A stretch of 63,179 nucleotides of DNA, the filler included, from Sphacelaria rigidula (lineage: Eukaryota), in the NCBI GenBank assembly GCA_964200075.2. It is 7 parts of 7 records of this genome, joined end to end, with 100 filler letters (N's around TTAATTAATTAA, not from the genome) between each part and the next. Parts side by side here need not be neighbours in the genome. Positions count along the whole stretch, not along the records: positions 45,202 to 54,140 come from CAXNAA020009697.1; positions 54,241 to 63,179 come from CAXNAA020009698.1; 5 more parts are not named here. One strand, written 5' to 3'. Each line of letters opens with the position of its first letter. Within the stretch, counting starts at the first letter, position 1. Made by a program: the position numbers and the translations under genes. The notes beneath the pieces are model-generated. The model saw only the letters and a list, made by a program, of their open reading frames with translations. It did not search any database and was not told where the DNA came from. This document shows, piece after piece, positions 49,603 through 62,203 of the stretch.

Positions 49603-50780
49603 GTGAAGAAAATGGCTAGGGGTTGCACCCGCATGGGTTGCACCATGAGGGCATCATACGCTTCACCGGGCAGCAGGAGGGCGGGGTTCTGCGCCACGCA
49701 CGCCGGGACCGGCATGGTCAAAGTAATGAGCAGGAGGCGATGCAGCAAGGAGGACTGCTACAAACGGCCATCGTTCGGGGCAGCCATTGGCGGGAAGGCG
49801 GAGTTCTGCGCCGCACACGCCCGGACAGGCATGGTCGACGTGAGACATTCACGGTGCGGGGATGACGGCTGCTCCATACAACCATCATTCGGGGCAGCCA
49901 TTGGCGGGAAAGCGGAGTTCTGCGCCGCACACGCCCGGACAGGCATGGTCGACGTGAGACGCAATCCGTGCCGCGGGGAGGGCTGCTCCAAACGACCATC
50001 GTTCGGTGTAGCCGGTGGTTCGAAGGCGGAGTTCTGCGCCACACACGCGCAGACGGGCATGGTCGACGTCATAAGTAAGCGGTGTCAAAAGGAGGGCTGC
50101 TCCAAACGACCATCGTTCGGTGTAGCCGGTGGTTTGACGGTGGAGTTCTGCGCCACACACGCACGGACGGGCATGGTCAACCTAATCAAAGCCGCTGCGG
50201 CAATAAGGGCTGCTTCGAACTACGGTCATTCGGTGTAGCCGGTGGCGGGAAGACGGAATTCTGCGCCACACACGCCCGGACGGGCATGGTCAACTCAAGA
50301 CATGGGCAGTGCGGCAATAAGGGCTGCTCCAAACAACCATCATTCGGCGCAGCCGGTGCCGGGAAAGCAGCGCTCTGCGTCACACACTCCCGCGCAGGGT
50401 TGTTGAGCGGTAATATACGCGCCTTGCGGCATTGTTCCAACCGGGCGCGTGAGCACAGTCTTACCTGTCGTGATCCTTGGCATGACCTGGCCATGACGTC
50501 TGATGCAGCGGGACATATCCAAGAAGAGAACTGTCCCAACGAAAGGTCGGCCGTGGAAAAGACTGGTCTTGATATGAATGGACGGGGTGGACGGCCCGGC
50601 CATCCATCGGATCCATCGGATGCTGGTCCAAACACGAGTAATGGTCATTTAGCTCATTTTCGTCCGAGCCCGCGTGCCGTCCGTGATAGGCGACGGGGTG
50701 CGAATTACGCAGACCACGTCGCCTGCTGCTTTAGGAGAGCCCCCCAGCCCGGCGGCAGCAGATGGGGTTCGTGCAGGTGA
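49603..50780 (+). CDS. EsV-1-7 cysteine-rich repeat protein (7 repeats), frameshifted at ~50188-50190
   Basis: Repeats CxxxGCxKxPSFGxxxGxKAEFCAxHAxTGMVDV of ~38 aa. Five lie in ORF 49603-50238 and two in ORF 50082-50780. One extra A would restore VNLIKSRC. Confidence 0.88.
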
Positions 50781-52524
50781 GGTAGAGACCCGCATGAGAA
50801 TGGAAATGGCGATAACTGCTGCCCCTGGACGAGATTTCGAAGGGACAGGAACCAGCGGCGAACCGGTTGGTGCGTGATGTACCAGTTTCGACAGAAAGGG
50901 TGATGGTGGCTCCAGCAACAACAGGAGCTGCGGTAGTAGCATCAGAAGTAGAAGGCACACAAAGTGGTTACGCCAAACGGCGCGAATGGGGGGTATAATG
51001 TGATGCCCAAAAAGGAAGGAAAGGACGTGGAGTAGAAATTAGACGAGTCTGCTCCCAATCGACACATGTCCGCGGTCTCATCCTGCCTGAAAGAGAGGTA
51101 GATTTGATAAGGGGGCCCGTGCACACCTTTTTCCAGGCTGATATTCAAGATCGTGCAATTTCACTGTACCTGTCTTGTGCACAGAGCATTGCTTCGTATA
51201 CATCTCTGCGATAGAACCTTATACCGCCGGTGCAACTGTTTCTTATGATAATGGGGCGAGAAGTTGAGGATTCGATCGCTAGTTCACTCCTGTCCCACTT
51301 CTATCTATGAAGCCATGGCGACGTAAGCAGCGGGGAGTACGTGACAAAAGTCGTTGCGGCGTGGAAGTGCCAGTCTAATCCTTCGTATCAGGATATCAGT
51401 CATGTTCCAGGAGGGGTAGAGATGGGTGGATCCATCAAGACCATAGACTCGTCCCGAGGTACGTTGGAGGTGGAAAGTGGGACGAGAGAAGAAAAGCCAA
51501 TGTGCTGCTCGTACCACCACCATTTCCCTCGCAAAATACATGATCCACCAGTTGTGCCCAACGGCAAGAGTGCTCACCTGCAATGCGCACAACAAATAGA
51601 TGATGGCATTAGTGTTCGAACTGCTCATCATGGTCGACATGAAACGGCCGTGTACAGCGTAATGGCACGACGCACGCGCACCATTTACGATATTATGTAA
51701 CATGGGTCAGTGAATCTACAGAGAACAATGCTTTCGTGCGATTAAGAGCAGAGGATACGACTGAGAGTGAGAGGCGGCAAATTATGGACTGAAACGTTTC
51801 AGCTCCGGAATAACCCTCCACGAGGCCCGATGCGCGTTCTATTGTAGCTTGCCACTGAAACCATTGATATTCCTGAGGTGGACATCGACGTGTAGCTGTA
51901 AGCGCGCACCAGTGTTATGGACCGAAGAAGGCACATACAGAATGAAAAAATGGTCAAGTTGAAGCAAATGATATCCACTCGCAACCAATAACACGGGATT
52001 TTGAAAGTTGGGGATGGATTATGTATTGGGGATGAGAACCCGGAGAACTAAAATCTTCGTATCCGCACCACATTTTCGAAACATGGTTCTTTTTCTTCAC
52101 TTGCTGGCAGTTCTTGACAACTACTGCACGCCGTACTAATTTGGATTTCGGTAGTCGGAATGTCGGGGCCAAAGGTGAAGAACCAATTTGGGGGGATTTA
52201 GGTGATCCGATCGGACGCCAAAATTGTTTTTTCACGTAGACCCCGACATTTCAATAATCAAAATCCAAATTTGTATGGCGTGTAAAAGTTGTCAATAGCT
52301 ACTACTAGCATGTGAAGAAATGGAAGCATACTTCGAACATTTGGTGTGGATACGGAGATTTTGTTCTCATCATCCTAATTCCTTCGAGGCCCTTGGGGCT
52401 GAAAAGGCTTCCACTGAGCCGAAATTCGAAAACTGTCCTGTCCTATCCTACCCTATCCGTCTGGGCCTCATTTTGAAGCTCCGAACCACGCACGTTTTCT
52501 TCCCGAATTGATCCGAAGTCGCGC

Positions 52525-52787
52525 TGCGCGCTGACTCAGTTGGTAACCTCGAAACCCTCTGACGATTGGGTGGTGGGTTCAATTTCCGGAGCGATTTGGG
52601 ATTTTTTCTTACACCATGCCCAACAGTGGAGAGCGACTATGTAGTGGGTACACAAAAGTCGACCTAAAGGTTGACGAGGGAGAGGGACTGCTGAACCCCT
52701 CTCGCGATAAAAAAGAAAGGTAAGCCCGGCTGGTGCGCCCACATATACCGAAAGGTGTAGACTGGCGCCCAGAATAGATGGGACGAC

Positions 52788-52839
<52 letters not shown>
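52525..52839 (+). mobile_element. tRNA-derived SINE with (CA)n tail
   Basis: A-box-like TGACTCAGTTGG (52532), B-box-like GGTTCAATTTCC (52576), (AC)n at 52789-52839, and a related copy at 34828-35197. Confidence 0.72.
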
Positions 52840-52840
<1 letters not shown>

Positions 52841-52948
52841 CGCTCTTGTAACATCGATCGAGACGCTCTCAACAAGTTTCAGCTCCATTGGTGCGCATGG
52901 CGTTGTGTTTTCCTTCTGCCTCTGGGCGCACTCAAGTACACCGCCACT

Positions 52949-52995
52949 TTCGACCCCTTTTGACCCCTTTTGACCCCTTTTGACCCCTTTTGACC
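52949..52995. repeat. 10-bp tandem repeat (TGACCCCTTT)x4
   Basis: Directly visible. Confidence 0.9.
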
Positions 52996-54240
52996 TGAGC
53001 GAGTCTTGATTGCACAGACTTGACTGTTGCAAATTTCATCGAGGCACCTTTGGAGGTTGGAGGCATCACACGCAGCAACCAGATCTCCGAATCACTTCAA
53101 ACACCCTCAAGAGGGTTCGGGTTCATTGCTACTTTCTTCGTTGTCTTCGCTCGTGCGTGCCGACGCCGTCCGTAGCTGAGGTCGAGGGGGTGTTACGTGA
53201 TCGAGCTATCACGCGATTGAACTGAACTCATCTCATTTCACACCCCGCTGCGTGAACACCTCGGTACAGTAGCTTCGCAGGATTAATTCCGATGTGAGGA
53301 GGTCATGCATTACAAGCCGGGGCGAGATATGACCCCACGAGGAACAAGAGTGCTCTACAATCAATGACTTGTCGTTGTATTTGACACCCACGCTATCAAC
53401 CGCCGACCGCAAAGGTCTTTTGGCTGACACTTTGTACGATAGCCCCCTCCCAAAACCAGCTAAAAGTGTCACGAAAAAATGGCCACACAGCGCCTGATAT
53501 TCGGGTTCAGGCTGCATGAAGCGCCTCATGTTGGCGACAGTGGCTAGAACGAACCCATGCGTGGGAATTCCCAGCTTCTCGTTGTGCTCGGCTTTTCCCA
53601 TTTCGATTTACGTGAAGCGTTAGCCTCCCAAAACCATGCACTTTTTGAGGGGAGGGTAATCGTAGAAAGGGTCGGCTGTCAAGCAACGCTGGCGGCAGTG
53701 CGGCAGGCAAATCCGATCATAGCTAGCTTTCGTTGCTCTAATATACTGACTGCCGTCTGCAGAGAGGTCACCCACCGTAACAACATGTAATAGATAGCCT
53801 CATGCACCGGGTGCGTTGTCGGGGGAAGTTGTAGGCCTGTCGTGGCCAGTTGAGACCAGATATCTTTTATATAATTAGTGTACCCATATTTGCCTACTCT
53901 CATATATCACACATATGCTGAAACCACCACCGAATTAGATCCGACACATAATGCCGCACACCAACTCACGAACACATACCTAAACCACTGAATGAAGTGG
54001 GGTACTAATACCTGGGAAAAACGCTCATACAAAATGACATGTCATAATCCCAGATTTTCGGCACGCAAAAAGGCGTGTGCCGCCCCAGCAGATATGCACT
54101 GCAACCACTACATAGGGTATACCTTAAATAACAGAATGATNNNNNNNNNNNNNNNNNNNNNNNNNNNNNNNNNNNNNNNNNNNNTTAATTAATTAANNNN
54201 NNNNNNNNNNNNNNNNNNNNNNNNNNNNNNNNNNNNNNNN

Positions 54241-54760
54241 TTCTGCAGCTCAGCATTCTTCACCCGCTTAAACGCCTTGTCCGTCACCTTCAGCGCCTTC
54301 TTCAGGGCAGTGTCTTTGGGGTTTGCTCGTTGTTTTTTCCATACACTTTCCCGGAGATCCCATGCCTTTTGGAGGCGGTCCTGAGCTTGAGATGACTCAC
54401 TGAAACCTCTAGATTGGGTTTTCTTGGCGCATGGAGGGAGTGTATCCGAGGCCGTCTGTCGTAGGGCGTTGGCAAAGGTAGATGCCATGTGGTTGACATC
54501 CGTCACTGCGGGGGAATCAGTGGCATTCGGGAGCTTAACGACAATGGCCTGTGCAACAGTAGCCCTCCAGTTCGGTCGGATGCGAGGGCTTGGCGGTCGA
54601 AACGCACTCCCCTCTCCCCGCCTCTCGGTCGGGGTTGGCGGTTGGGGGCGTTCCGTCCGCGGAGACGGATGGCGGCAGAGACCAGACGATGGTCCGATTT
54701 CATCTCGGGGTGCACTGTAACATTTCGGACGAGTCTGCGGTCTTGCTGACGTACGGTAGT
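54241..54760 (-). mobile_element. RTE-like LINE fragment: end of APE endonuclease and linker
   Basis: RQQDRRLVRNVTVHPEMKSDHRLV (APE SDH motif), then a frameshift into a helical linker. Truncated by the contig start. Confidence 0.8.
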
Positions 54761-55585
54761 AGTTGTCAAAAACTACCAGCAAGTGAAAAAATGGAACCAC
54801 ATTTCGAAGATTTGATGTAGATACAAAGATTTTAGTTCTCCGGGTTTTTCATTCTTAATCAAAATTTACCCCCAATTTGTAGAATCCCGTGTTACAAGGG
54901 GAAATCATCACCATGATTGTTGCCCGCTTCCGATGTCAAGGCCTCTCTCTCCGACCCGCTGCATTCGAAATCTACACGACCAATCCAGATCCTGGCTGAA
55001 CAATTCGGCCCGTGGCCGATGGGCCCGTCGGGTCCACCTTCACAACAGTTGCGGCTGATGGGATCGGATCCGAGCATCACCCTCCCAACGTCGCGCCAGC
55101 ACGGCTCCCCAGCACGGCTCAAATAAGCAGCCGCCCTCAACGCGTTGCTTGCTCCATTTGCCTCGCCCCTGTCATGGTACGACGTAAATCCGCCCCTTCC
55201 ATCGTTTGTTGAGCATCCGCCGCTGCTATAACAAGATCGGCCGCTTACCTCGCTATTTCCATCGCCGATATCACCAGTGGCAGTCGCGCCGGTCGCTCGC
55301 GAAGGGGGCGGGGGCAAGAAGCAGTGGCCCTAGCAACGGTAGCTCAGGGTGCAGTTCCCCGAACACCTGCACCCTCGACATATGTAACGTATTGCGCCAC
55401 CTTTGCCAGTCTGATGAGCATCTGAAGGTTCGCAGGTTCCTGGATGTATAAACGTATGTGTGGCTTAATGAGTAGACAACAATGTTGTGCCATACGAGCT
55501 CCACCCCTCTTCTCGCCGGTTTTCTACCGCCCTCGTTATGAGTCCTCTTTTCCGGTTCAATGCCCCACCCGCGCCCGGAAGGATC

Positions 55586-55841
55586 CACACGTCGGACAGA
55601 TCATGATCTGTCTGAAACAACAAATCAAAGAAGACTCTCGAATCTGTCGGTCCAAAAACACAATATGTGACCACTGAGTCAGAAATGCCGAAGCGCAACC
55701 TTTGCGGTACTCGACGTGCTCGGTGTCTGGCGCTGTAGGGAGCAAACATGGAAAGGGGGGCCAAATGTTCCGGATCATGATCTGGATGAGTATACTGAGA
55801 AGAAGTATTTTTCAGACGGACCATGATCTGTCCGACGTGTG
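55586..55841. mobile_element. MITE of the CACACG-terminus family (256 bp)
   Basis: CACACGTCGGACAGATCATG / CATGATCTGTCCGACGTGTG (perfect 20-bp TIR). Flanks gaaggatc / aaaagatc match at 6 of 8 positions. Confidence 0.82.
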
Positions 55842-56719
55842 AAAAGATCCACTGTGGACATCCCGTCCCGAAAGCCCCGCCCCTCCCTCCCTCAGTATTC
55901 GAATGTGACGCCAGAGTTACTCACGTGCGTCCTGCCGGTAACCAAGTCTAGACAGCAGCGGGAAGGCATATGCCCATGTACTATGGCGATACACGGGCAG
56001 ATCTTGTCCCTTTACGACTCCAAGTCCTGCCCGGACGTGTTGAACTAAAGTACCGGATAGGCGGTGACTTGTGCGAAAGCATTTTGTACCTGAAAAAAAG
56101 ATATCGGGACCAGCAGCTTTTCGCCCTCGTCGATGCTTACCTACCGTCTTTCATCACCAATATTGGTCTTGTGAACAGATTCGGCGATCGCAGGACCTGC
56201 AAAACGAATTCTCATACCTCGAGGAAAGGAATCTGGGACGCATGTGGCAGGAAGTCGCATCCAGCCAACGGATAGGTTAAAATGAAAAGGGCCACCTTGA
56301 ACAGATTGCGTCAGCCACGAATATTGCCCAGGCACTCTCGCTCTCGCTCTCGTAGCTCAGAATCCCGATCGCGCTATATACCCTGTTCATTAGAATGTAC
56401 CGGGGGCCACAATTCACAATGCATGCCGCAGTCACTGGCATCGTGTCGAAGCCCTGTGGTACGATACACCCTGAGGACATAGCCAGGAGTACAATAATTC
56501 CCTGATCAGTATCGATCGAAGTCACGAGCCACTCCAAGCGCTTCCCGAACAACCTCCCGGAATGCATGATGAAGTACACTGCGGGCATCTCTCCCTCATC
56601 TGTACTGGGCGCTGTCGGTACTTAGAGCCACTGCAATGGCGCAAGCACAACAAATATGGGGTTGTGAATCATGAGTACAAAGGTGGATAAGCACTGAACT
56701 TGGCAAATGCCACTGTTTT

Positions 56720-57017
56720 CGTAAGATTAAGAGTGTAGTGTTGATTGAGAAATAGTTTTATAATGCGCTCTAACTTGCCTATTTTTTCATCTTGTGTGTG
56801 TGTTTTCTTTGCCCGTGAAGCTGTCGTGTGCTAACAGCTACATGTTGATATCCTACTCAGGGATATCAAAGGCTTCAGTGACAAGCAATCACAGGAAGCG
56901 TATCGGGCCTCATATGAGGCCCGGAGAGGTATTTCGGAACTGAAACTACTTCATTCATTAGTTGACCATTACTCACTCTCGACCGTATCCCAGGCCCTCA
57001 ATCTCACGAAGACGTTG
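56720..57017 (+). repeat. dispersed repeat family C copy
   Basis: Colinear with 28645-28935. Confidence 0.8.
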
Positions 57018-60000
57018 TTAGATCTGCTCCTGCTTTTTCAATGCTGTCTTTTCCTATCGCTGCCTGTCAATGATGCAAGATATGATGGTGGAGTTGCCCG
57101 AATCCCCGCGCGGGTGCCAGCACCCGCGTCCGGCGCCGTCGTCGGCGCCGACGCCACCGCGCTTGGTTGCCCGCCTGTCACTGCCGTAAGATATGTCTGC
57201 GGGGCCATCCCTGTAAGACTTCTGCCGCCGATACCTCCGCCCACCGTAGTTGCCGCCACCGGCGGTCACCCGCTCGGCGCCGCCACAGAATTCGACCGGC
57301 GGGGCGTCACCACCAGCCAGCCGCCAATAACAATCTCGCTGTCGCCGCTACTGCGGCTGCGGCCGCCGCCCCCCTCCCCTGGCTTGCCCATCACCACTAC
57401 TTCGACTGCCAGGCCGCCTCCTCCAGCCCGTAGCCAACAACGCCGGTGCATGTCGCAATTACCACCGCCACACTCCTGCATCATGAGTGTTGTCTAATGG
57501 GTAATTGTAACGGCGAGGTGAAGGGATGGTGGACGATATGGGTGTTACACACCGTTCTTCATAGTTTCCCCTTAAACTTCAAACGGATGTGTCCGTGGTC
57601 TCAAGGGGTCATCCCATACCCCCCCTGGTATGCGCCCCTGATAGTGGTATCGCGGATTGGATTAGTACCCCCGCATATCGTATGCTATTATCAGATGAAT
57701 TTTCTTTCTGCTCATGTCCTCACGCACTTTAATACTGAAATCAGATACTTGAACCCGGCAGAAGTCAAACCGCGCCTGACGGGAAATCAAGCCCTTGCTC
57801 TTGAGACATATTTGGTGCCGGTGACGTCAACTGGAGTACCGGGGCACGGCAGCTGTAAGGATCAAGATATTATTCTCGCGAGAAAAGCAACGCTGGCTGG
57901 CGCACAAGCACCCGCGCATCAAATTGTCATTTTTCCGCACTAATATCGTGACCAACATTCGAAGAAAGAGCCTCAACAGCTTCTCAAATATGTTCCACCC
58001 AAGCATACACAAACTAGACCACTCATTTCACCAGTCTGAGCTCCAGCTCCAAGCACATGTGGATGTCGTCACCTTCGCCTATGGTCCCGCGATCCTTGTC
58101 ACCACGCATCGGAATGCTGCCTTATCGCAGACGGGAACGATCACATTTCTCCACTTCCACGGGCCTCCGGGCAGCAGCTCCCCTGCCTTCGCGCAGGGTG
58201 GTATCCACTTTTATTGAGAACTAGTGTCGTCCGATTCGATGGCAACAACTCCCGTGTGTTTTGTTCCGACGCCGATGTACTCGAGACTTCACAGATCGCG
58301 CCTTCCATGCCTGATTGACTTCTTAGCCTGTTATGCTCTGCCCTTCACCGGCCGTCGCATCCCTTCGCCGCCCCCCTGGTTTTCCACAACTGCCCCACTA
58401 GCGGTCGCACGTGGCGCCCCCGAGTCACTGAACCGTGCAGTCGCCGCGTGTTTATCGAGGGATCGGGGACTTGACCGCTTTCGCGCTGCGCCTCCAAGGC
58501 CGGCGTCCCCCCCGGCGGCTCTACCCAAATTCTCCACAGGTACTGTACGTTCGGAGTGTATCGGTCGACATCTACTCTTAACCACGGATGTGGCATGTGT
58601 CGGACCGAATTGTGGCCTCGGGTGATACAGTTACTTCACTACCTGTCCGGGGGAAATGCAACAGCGATAGATGAGTGCAACGTGTAAGCTGTATGTTCGG
58701 TTAAAAGGCGAGAGTCGGGGTCGGGGGTTCATGTTAAGGTTCGTGATGCACAAATCTAGTCGACCTCAATTATATTCAAAAACCACAACCATAACCGGGA
58801 AGATGACCAAAGCGGTCAGATGCGTACGATTTTCAGCAGCCAAACTCTTCAGGATATTGCTGTAACAGGGGACTCGTGTTCCACCCACCTCGAGATCGAG
58901 AACGGTGCCGTTTGTTACGTTCGTACTGCGCCGGCCGGTATCTAAGCACCCATCCAGACTTGACATCCCATGAGTGAGCTTTGGAGATTCTCCACACCCA
59001 TTGTGAGCGAAGGTCGCGGAATATGGATGGGTGAAGGGCAACGCTTTTGATCCAGCTTGTCTCTCACTTTGCGATTCTCATACTGTGCCGGCCTACTACG
59101 GCCACGGAGTTTTGTTTGTTTCCTAACGTATCTGATGGTCGTAGCTTTAGATCGTGATACGCTACAACTATTCAACTGCACCAAATGAAATCCATGTCCA
59201 TGTCAACTCCGTTGATCTCGCTCCACTTAGATTGTCGTTTGAACCCGAGTGCAGGTTCCTAATATGCGCTCCCTCTTCCAATCGGGGCACTTGTAGCGAT
59301 GTGCATCTTCGTGTGTGGACGACGCAACCCGCAGAATGCCACGTAAACCACGACCGCCATTAGCAGAACTTGATTCTTGTACCTAGCTTGGACCCGACCG
59401 CCATAAATGCGCTACTGCTGTACGTGGCGTCTTCTTGCAGTAGAGACACTTCGGCACCAAGCATGATACTTCGCAGGCTGTACAATCCATTGCACTACAA
59501 TGCAATGCGCTGCACTGGGTTGTGCTGCACTGAACGGTGTACTTTTTGTACTAAATTCGGCACTCCAAAGTGATCGTGTACTGGTGTAGAGCAGAAGTAA
59601 AACCTTTCCAAAATACAGCCTGCTTGTTTCATCTGCGGCATGAAATTAATTTCAGTGAATCATTTCGCTACGCAAAGCTTGCGCTCTCTACATGGATTCT
59701 GCGAGCTGGGTCACGCGAGGGCGGTAGTCTCCCGTAACACCGTAGGCCAGGTTTCACGGGGAGTGGACATGGCTAGACAAATCTACCGAAGGGACACAAT
59801 TTCACCGACGGGATACAAGACAAGATCACCTCCGTGACCTCTTAATCTTCACAATCCGTCATGCTCCATTCCTGTGTCAGGCTGGTGGCGCCCTCCTCTG
59901 GTACCTCTCAACGCAGCAGCTCCTTGCTTGTGCAGGTAGTCGGATCGATGGAGGTTTTCACGATATCGAGCCTCCTCGCACTCCCCTTTCTCGACCCTCA

Positions 60001-60179
60001 GGTGTTAGTCCTCACCTTATTCCCGGCGGCGATCCAGCCCTCAGAGGTTTTACGTCCGCACCGTAGACGACTCACTTCCTTCCACATCTCTTGCTGGCCA
60101 TAGCTGCTAGGGCACGTAGGTTCTCCCGGAAGCGGCCCGCCAATGTCTCGAACGTCGGGCGAAGGATCAGGTATCGTGT

Positions 60180-60700
60180 GCAGCCGACCGCCCGAACATG
60201 GTGTGCTTCGGGAAATGTCTGTCTTCCTGGCGGAAAAACTAGATTTCACGCTTGAGGACTCAACACGTTCGCATTTCGTGATCGCGAGCACGGCTGCATA
60301 CGAAATGAAGGATCCTTGAGTTCATTGCAATCCTTCGATTTTTCTTCGCGCGGGAAACAGCTGCTCGAAGTGAGAGCTTCTCGTGGTGGGTAGTGCGCAG
60401 ACTCTCGGTCTCGGAGTGAAATCTTCTCGGTCCAGTGTCCACGTAGCTTTCCCGTATAACATAGCTTCCAATACTTCCACTTTGAGAAATCGGGTTTTGA
60501 GCGATAGCTGAGGGTTGGTTCGGTCGGAGTTGGGTGGAAGACTCCCGGAGGCGTGCCCATTCACTGCTGATCCGGCATTCTTTTCGATGAAAATATCTGC
60601 GTCTTGGCTCATGGCACAACCAAGGTAAACGAACTCCGCCGTGTGCTCGTACCGTGAGCCTGCCGGTTGTGCAGTGTGGTCTCCGGGAAACTAGGTACAG
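60180..60700 (-). mobile_element. decayed RTE-like LINE reverse transcriptase C-terminal fragment
   Basis: AEFVYLG, LSLKTRFLKVEVLEAMLYGKATWTL and FPKHTMFG appear across shifted frames. Confidence 0.75.
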
Positions 60701-61864
60701 ACCATGGACGCATGGTCTATTGACCAAAGCAAGCCTGTTGTCGCCTGCAAGTCGTAGCAATGCGGCACCATCGCTGTTGCTGACACCGGAGTCTCTCCCG
60801 GATGCTTCTTCTTCACCCCTAATTCATACACTTCGGATAGGGCACTGCCTTGTGTGCTGATCGCTGCCGTTCCCACTCGGCGTCGCGACACGCCCTCCGT
60901 GCTTCACAAGTAACTCTGTCTGTGGAAGGGTTTGCGTCTTGCTCCACAGTGCTGGTGTCCAGTATATCAGGTGATGAAATATGGCGGATGAACCTCGCGG
61001 TGCGGTGTGTCGCCTAATCACGCCGTACGAGACAGGCGCGGACCCTTTGTATTACTGATAACATAGTTCACCTATACGTGATATTGCAATGGACGTACAG
61101 CATACGACAAAAACAAATCTCAGCCCTTCAATACTTACCGCCTTCCTCACGAAAATCAGCGTGTCCGAAAGGCTGGTCTTCAGTGTTGTATGACCAAATA
61201 TCGTGAAAAATTACGGGGCTCAACGTACGTGTCGCACGTGCCTACGCTGTAAAGGACTCTGATACATCAAAACAGTGTAAACGCGTGAGTGTATGTCGAG
61301 ATCTAGTTGCGAGGACGTCAATGCACTGCTGAGTAGAGCTCGTTGGGAAAAATACTTCATTTTCACTCACTATTAAGATACTATCGCTGCCTGAAGAGTC
61401 GCAGTGCATCTGACTCATCACGCAGTTTATCGCAACCTATCCTCTGAGTATGGCTGTTTCGGCTGCGGTCACTGAATGAGCTGTTTTGTTTTGTTTTGTT
61501 TTTCCAAACAGTCGCGCTTCTTCCTGTACTATCATTTCCTTGAGTCTGCCCCATCTGGTGTTTGGCTAGCACTGTTCGCGCCAAACCCAACCCCTTCGAA
61601 CTTTGCGGGTAAGGGACGAATTCTCGTGGTCAATCCAACGTTTCTTGTTGGCGTGAGCACTCCACATTCCTGTCCCCATCTATCAGTGATAGACCTTGCT
61701 CGGCTTACAACACAGACGCGGAGTGCACCACGCGATCAATATACGCCAAATCTGCCGGAATCCGCCTTCATGTATCGTAACTCTTGAGCCAGACCCATGT
61801 ACGAATATTTCGTCATTCGTTCAGTCTTTCTTCAATGCGCCCATGAAACAGGCGGAGAATAACC

Positions 61865-62203
61865 ATGATTGGAAGAGAAATCCCAACGGCCATCGCTCTC
61901 GCGCTGCTTGGTGTGGAGATAGTCGACGGTGCGACCGCAATCCGAAAGCTTAACCGATACGAGGGACACGGGGTGCCAGTCGGCGAGCGGCCTCCAGATC
62001 GAACGGTGGGGGGAGTGGGCAGTGGCGGGGCAAGGTTGGAGGGTGTGCGACATCAGATGCGACAACTGACAACGTCCTCCAGCGGGCTGTGCACGGAGGA
62101 GTTTACGAGATGTACTGCGGACACGGACTGCCTGGACTGCACCATAGGCCATGGGGTATGGCTGTCGAGTAGCGTACCGGTAGATGAGGTACAAAACAGA
62201 TAG
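61865..62203 (+). CDS. possible secreted protein (first exon) with CxxExxxCxxDxxCxxC motif
   Basis: ATG start, hydrophobic N-terminus IPTAIALALLGVEIVDGATA, and motif CTEEFTRCTADTDCLDC. Downstream exons were not identified. Confidence 0.4.
   Translation: MIGREIPTAIALALLGVEIVDGATAIRKLNRYEGHGVPVGERPPDRTVGGVGSGGARLEGVRHQMRQLTTSSSGLCTEEFTRCTADTDCLDCTIGHGVWLSSSVPVDEVQNR

Noticed and set aside
49603-50780. Endogenous phaeovirus insertion
   Set aside because: Only the EsV-1-7 repeat gene is present. The flanks are host-like repeats with no gene-dense viral region or NCLDV core genes.
52949-52995. Telomeric repeat
   Set aside because: The 10-bp unit is not TTAGGG-type, has only four copies and is internal.
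57015-57497. Pro-rich 160-aa ORF
   Set aside because: GC-rich low-complexity sequence that is open in several frames.
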